DNA from: an uncultured virus (IMG/VR IMGVR_UViG_3300020595_000024)
Lineage: Duplodnaviria; Heunggongvirae; Uroviricota; Caudoviricetes; Crassvirales
Strand: one strand, 5' to 3'
IMG/VR virus record: IMGVR_UViG_3300020595_000024
DNA length: 20,000 nt
Shown one piece after another: positions 16,659 to 20,000 of the stretch. Both the position numbers and the translations under genes were made by a program. Under the pieces are notes generated by a model. It did no database searches, was not told the origin of the DNA, and worked only from the letters and a program-made list of their open reading frames with translations. Positions within the stretch are counted from its first letter, which is position 1. Every line of letters begins with the position of its first letter.

Positions 16659-17669
16659 TTATGATACCCATATTAGTGATCCGGTGTCTCTTGCAGAAAA
16701 CAAGATAACATCAGAAGTTATTGTACTTGCTGTTGCACCAGTGTGGGTAAATAAACCTGCATCTAGTTCAGCCTTTGTTATTACCTGCCCAATCACAAGA
16801 GCCCCTGAATTGTAAAGGAATGTACCTTGGTTGCTTCCAGAAACCTCGTCAATTCTAATCGCATCTAATAAGTCTCCATCTGGATCAGCGTAAGCTGGCG
16901 ACAGCTGGCTAGTAAACATGTCTGAAGTAAGAATTGTAATTACATTGTTGTCTACATACATTGTGCTATCTCCTAGAGAGCTTATAGCTGAGTTACCTAC
17001 AGGAGCAACAGTTATAGATATAGTAGTGTTAGAGCTCCAAAGAGTATTGTCAGTATCATTGTTTGATATACTAAACACTAAACTTTCAGATATTGCAGCA
17101 TTTGTTATTTTCCAGTAGCTAAGAGATCCAAGATCTGCATTAGCTATTACTTGGCCATTAACTACATCCACATTGTTTAGTCTTAAAACTCCTGTAGATG
17201 GAACGGTAACAATAACAACGTCTCCTGCAGAGTTTCCAGATGTATCAGCAAATCCTGTAGTAAATGATGTTGAAGCAATATCAACTGCTTTAGTATACAC
17301 ATCAACAGGTTCCTCACCTGAGTTGTCTTTATCAACAGGAATCTCATCTGATTGAACTATGCCAGCACCAGTAACTGTAACTGCAAAGGCAGAAAAAACA
17401 GCTGCCGCATCTACTCCCGCAAGAGAAGGTGCAAAGTCTTGACCTGCTATCATGTTAGTGCATATATTTTTATCTGACTGTTGTAGATTACTAATCATAG
17501 CATCTATCCTGTTTAAGCAATCATAAGATGGTGAGAAACCAGCATACTTGTACAGTAGCTTTAATAAGCTAATCTCTGACAAAGATCCTTCTCCATAATA
17601 CTTTAATTGCTTGTCGTAGTTTTCTACAGAGCAAATAAATACATTTGCATTGTTTGGTTTCATTTCCAT
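16659..17669 (-). CDS. Tail hub B-like N-terminal domain fused to two Ig/cadherin-like repeats
   Basis: 336 aa. Helical N-terminus (SVENYDKQLKYYG...ISLLKLLY) resembles the small crAss protein that follows tail hub A. C-terminal repeats such as PAYADPDGDLLDAIRID...GQVITKAELDAGLFTH are homologous to those of the 247-aa protein. Confidence 0.65.
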   Translation of the reverse strand: MEMKPNNANVFICSVENYDKQLKYYGEGSLSEISLLKLLYKYAGFSPSYDCLNRIDAMISNLQQSDKNICTNMIAGQDFAPSLAGVDAAAVFSAFAVTVTGAGIVQSDEIPVDKDNSGEEPVDVYTKAVDIASTSFTTGFADTSGNSAGDVVIVTVPSTGVLRLNNVDVVNGQVIANADLGSLSYWKITNAAISESLVFSISNNDTDNTLWSSNTTISITVAPVGNSAISSLGDSTMYVDNNVITILTSDMFTSQLSPAYADPDGDLLDAIRIDEVSGSNQGTFLYNSGALVIGQVITKAELDAGLFTHTGATASTITSDVILFSARDTGSLIWVS

Positions 17670-17672
17670 ATC

Positions 17673-18248
17673 TTATAAGTCTAATATGCAATCAACTACA
17701 CCAACACTTACTATGTTACCTGCAGTAGATACAACTGGGTTAATGTTAGAGCATTCTCCACAACTAATTTCTTCAAAGATGTTTATCTTCTTAAGAAATT
17801 CTATAGAGTCTCTAAACCTACCTATTTTAATTGAGTTCTTCATTGCCTCTACGTACATGTCTAGTAGTAGTGCATTCTGAAAGTTGTCATTGCAGTTTAA
17901 GCAAGAAAGATCTACATTAGCCAAAAGAGCAGCTAATACAGCGTAGTATCTTGTTAAGCTTAATGTAGCAACTATTCCAGGAGCGTCAGTGACATTATCG
18001 CTCTCTATCTCTGCAAAGTATATTCCGTCAAAACTAGGAACTCCAGCAGCAGATGCTGATATAGTTATGTCTTCTACTATTCCCGTACCTACTATAAGAG
18101 ATGATAGGTCAATAGCTTGAGACTGAACTTTATACGTAGCATCTGTCCATAAAAGAATAGATGTTACAAGTTCTCCAGATCCTACAGTAACCTTTAGTGC
18201 TAGAGACAATCTGTCTGCAGATACTTCAAATTTATTTACTGTTATCAT
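17673..18248 (-). CDS. Tail hub A-like structural protein
   Basis: 191 aa. MITVNKFEVSADRLSL...SILLWT...GIYFAEI...CLNC...ALLL...SIKIGRFRDSIEF...CGEC. Position after the auxiliary capsid gene. Confidence 0.6.
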   Translation of the reverse strand: MITVNKFEVSADRLSLALKVTVGSGELVTSILLWTDATYKVQSQAIDLSSLIVGTGIVEDITISASAAGVPSFDGIYFAEIESDNVTDAPGIVATLSLTRYYAVLAALLANVDLSCLNCNDNFQNALLLDMYVEAMKNSIKIGRFRDSIEFLKKINIFEEISCGECSNINPVVSTAGNIVSVGVVDCILDL

Positions 18249-18268
18249 TTAATTTTTGTTATATGGTT

Positions 18269-18304
18269 AAAAAAAAAGGGATAAGAGCATAACTCTTACC
18301 CCTT
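18269..18304 (-). terminator. Rho-independent terminator after the auxiliary capsid gene
   Basis: Minus strand GGGGTAAGAG-TTATG-CTCTTATCCC followed by T9. Confidence 0.9.
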
Positions 18305-18342
18305 CTTGGTTTATTTGTTTCTTGATTATTTCAAGAAAGTAA

Positions 18343-19359
18343 TTATGAAGTTGCTAGTGCATCTACAGATCCTGCACCTAAAATAGTGTTTAGGTCAGCA
18401 ATAAGTAGGTTAGCAGTTGTGTTACTAGCTAGATCAGTGAAAGGTAAGTAGATAGTAATACCTTTGTTACTTTTCTTAGCTTCGTCACGTCCTTCTTCGA
18501 AGTATCCGATTTCAATTGCATTGTACTTTCCAGTTACGTCAGCATCGTACTTTCCTTCAAAGTTGTGTGGGTATCCAGCACCTCTTAAGTAATCGTTACG
18601 CTCACCTTTAAGGAAGAATTCCATTTCTGCAACTTGCTTACCAGTTCCTACACCTGGAGTTCCTCCGGTTTGTACGATAGTTGGTAGAGTTGAGAAGCTT
18701 GCTCCTACAGTAAAGTCTAATTGTTGACGAGTCATTTTGTTTGCATTGAAAGATGCGTCAGCCCAGTCAGCTTTCTCAGTAATAACTAGTGCAGCAGATG
18801 CTCCAGTTCCAGTCTTAGTGAAAGAGAAATACACGTTAGAAGCTTCTTGTGTTACCACAGCAGCAGCGTCAGTATAAGCAACAGTCTCGTTGGTTATTGG
18901 CTCTTCTCTTTTGAAATTACGAGATAATGATTTTACTAGACCATCTACGATGTTCTCAGCGTCATCTCCTGTTTTTGCTTTGTAAAAAGCTTTCTTTACA
19001 TACTCATTCTCAGCAGATAAAGATCCAAATTGAGAGATGATTAATTCAACTGTGTACAGAGTATTTGCGTTTGCAGTGATACCTGAGATAGTTGCTACTC
19101 CTAACACTGGAGCTTGGTATGCTACAGATCTTGCAAAAGACACCTTTGAAGGGTCTACAATGTCTGAAGTTAACAAACCACCGTTGTTACTTTTCTTTAA
19201 TAGTGAGAATTTTTTTCCTGCTCCTATTGCAGAACCATCCTGAGATAGTAATGCTAAGTCACCATTCGCTCCAGCCTTAAGGGCTCCTACGTTTGCGTGT
19301 TGAGGAAAATCTGATCCTACATAAAGTTGTCTTACTTGTTTTTGTGCAGCTAATGCCAT
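18343..19359 (-). CDS. Auxiliary capsid (decoration) protein of crAss-like phages
   Basis: 338 aa. QVRQLYV...TSDIVDP..V...QFGSLSAENEYVK...LVITEK...GTGKQVAEMEFFLKGERNDYLRGAGYPHN...YNAIEIGY. Followed by a strong terminator, as expected for a high-copy protein. Confidence 0.85.
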   Translation of the reverse strand: MALAAQKQVRQLYVGSDFPQHANVGALKAGANGDLALLSQDGSAIGAGKKFSLLKKSNNGGLLTSDIVDPSKVSFARSVAYQAPVLGVATISGITANANTLYTVELIISQFGSLSAENEYVKKAFYKAKTGDDAENIVDGLVKSLSRNFKREEPITNETVAYTDAAAVVTQEASNVYFSFTKTGTGASAALVITEKADWADASFNANKMTRQQLDFTVGASFSTLPTIVQTGGTPGVGTGKQVAEMEFFLKGERNDYLRGAGYPHNFEGKYDADVTGKYNAIEIGYFEEGRDEAKKSNKGITIYLPFTDLASNTTANLLIADLNTILGAGSVDALATS

Positions 19360-19377
19360 AATTTTAAATTGTTTTAA

Positions 19378-20000
19378 TTATACTATTTTTTTATTTACTT
19401 GTACTCTTGTCATTAAATTGTTTTCTCTTGCGGTTAAAACTGCAAGATCAACAGCTCTTATTAATATGTCTCTGTGTACCTCTGTATTTAGTTCGCAATC
19501 TTTTCTTGTATTGTAACCATCTATACTAAGATTCATTCCAGATATGTCGTCATCTTCTTCAAAATCTGCTAGAATTATTGGCTTTGGTTTCCTCACGTAT
19601 CTAACGTGATATTCTGATATTGTATCAATTGCAAATAATTCAGCTTGTTGTTTAGAGGCTCCGTATCTAGTCAGATCCATTCTCCAAGCTTTACGTAAGT
19701 TAGGCTTTTTAAATGGGTTGTCTATATCTACTTGAAACTCATCGTGAGTGATTGGCTTTACTTTTATTTTTTTGCCATTCAGACAGGAATTTGTTCCACC
19801 CAGGGTAACTGATTCGAGTACAATATACAACAAATCATCTGGTAGTCCAAAGAATTGAGAAGAACTTATCAGGTTTTGTTCACTACCTTCTTCAGTAGTG
19901 AGTATAGTTCCTGGTCCACCAAAGTTAGATAATCTGGTTGTTGTCTTGTAATCCCCAACCAATTCACTTAACTGCCTTCTTCTTCTTTCGGATCCTTCAA
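19378..20000 (-). CDS. Tail ring protein (crAss-like ring protein 3-like), 5'-truncated
   Basis: The frame stays open upstream of the track's TTG start (EGSERRRRQLSELVGDYK), so the true start is outside the window. Motifs LPDDLLYIVLES, VKPITHDEF...NPFKKP...AWRMD, YHVRYVRKPKPIIL, CELNTEVHRDILIRAV. Confidence 0.8.
   Translation of the reverse strand, partial: EGSERRRRQLSELVGDYKTTTRLSNFGGPGTILTTEEGSEQNLISSSQFFGLPDDLLYIVLESVTLGGTNSCLNGKKIKVKPITHDEFQVDIDNPFKKPNLRKAWRMDLTRYGASKQQAELFAIDTISEYHVRYVRKPKPIILADFEEDDDISGMNLSIDGYNTRKDCELNTEVHRDILIRAVDLAVLTARENNLMTRVQVNKKIV

Noticed and set aside
15611..16661. Stop read-through producing one long Ig-repeat fibre
   Set aside because: Junctions are out of frame (TAA-T-ATG, TAA-A-ATG, TAATG) with no obvious slippery heptamer. 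Translational coupling of separate proteins is the simpler reading, though read-level confirmation would be useful.
2533..19280. Numerous short plus-strand ORFs and nested minus-strand ORFs in the track (e.g. 2885-3145, 3844-4107, 8795-9016, 15539-15907)
   Set aside because: All overlap long, motif-bearing minus-strand genes, have Ser/Phe/Leu-rich shadow composition, and show no recognisable motifs
1..20000. Stop-codon reassignment (TAG or TGA), known in some Crassvirales
   Set aside because: Genes are full length and densely packed under the standard code, with no fragmentation. The TAG-TGA end at 14192-14197 is uninformative.
1..20000. CRISPR array, tRNA, intron/intein, DGR template or variable repeats, IS element
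   Set aside because: Intergenic gaps are all about 100 nt or less. By eye I saw no spaced direct repeats, cloverleaf, intein termini, homing endonuclease, reverse transcriptase or transposase motifs.

Overview
The window is a continuous, minus-strand, AT-rich phage late-gene region. Gene order and motifs match the virion module of a crAss-like (Crassvirales-type) podovirus of Bacteroidota. Reading from 20000 down to 1: tail ring protein (5'-truncated), auxiliary capsid protein with a strong terminator, tail hub A-like, tail hub B-like fused to two Ig/cadherin-like domains, three small accessory beta-proteins, a metallophosphoesterase with its own promoter, a second ring protein, an IHF/HU-like protein, tail tubular protein, a 1505-aa muzzle/stabilisation protein, and three internal 'cargo' proteins. 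The last cargo gene (3117..<1) is missing from the ORF track because it runs off the window. Best candidate for a new system: the 15263-17669 cassette. Its Ig-like proteins end one beta-strand short, and the neighbouring proteins begin with a matching strand. This suggests a pilus-like fibre built by donor-strand complementation (hub anchor, polymerisable shaft, two alternative tips). Second: cargo proteins built from enzyme cassettes (degenerate lysozyme, GH19-like, HExxH zincin, lambda-type muramidase), with a repeated [MFYA]-A-x-G-G motif punctuating two of the proteins. Host-type TTTG/TAnnTTTG promoters sit inside the late operon. Family assignments come from motif recognition and synteny recalled from crAss001-type phages, not from database searches.
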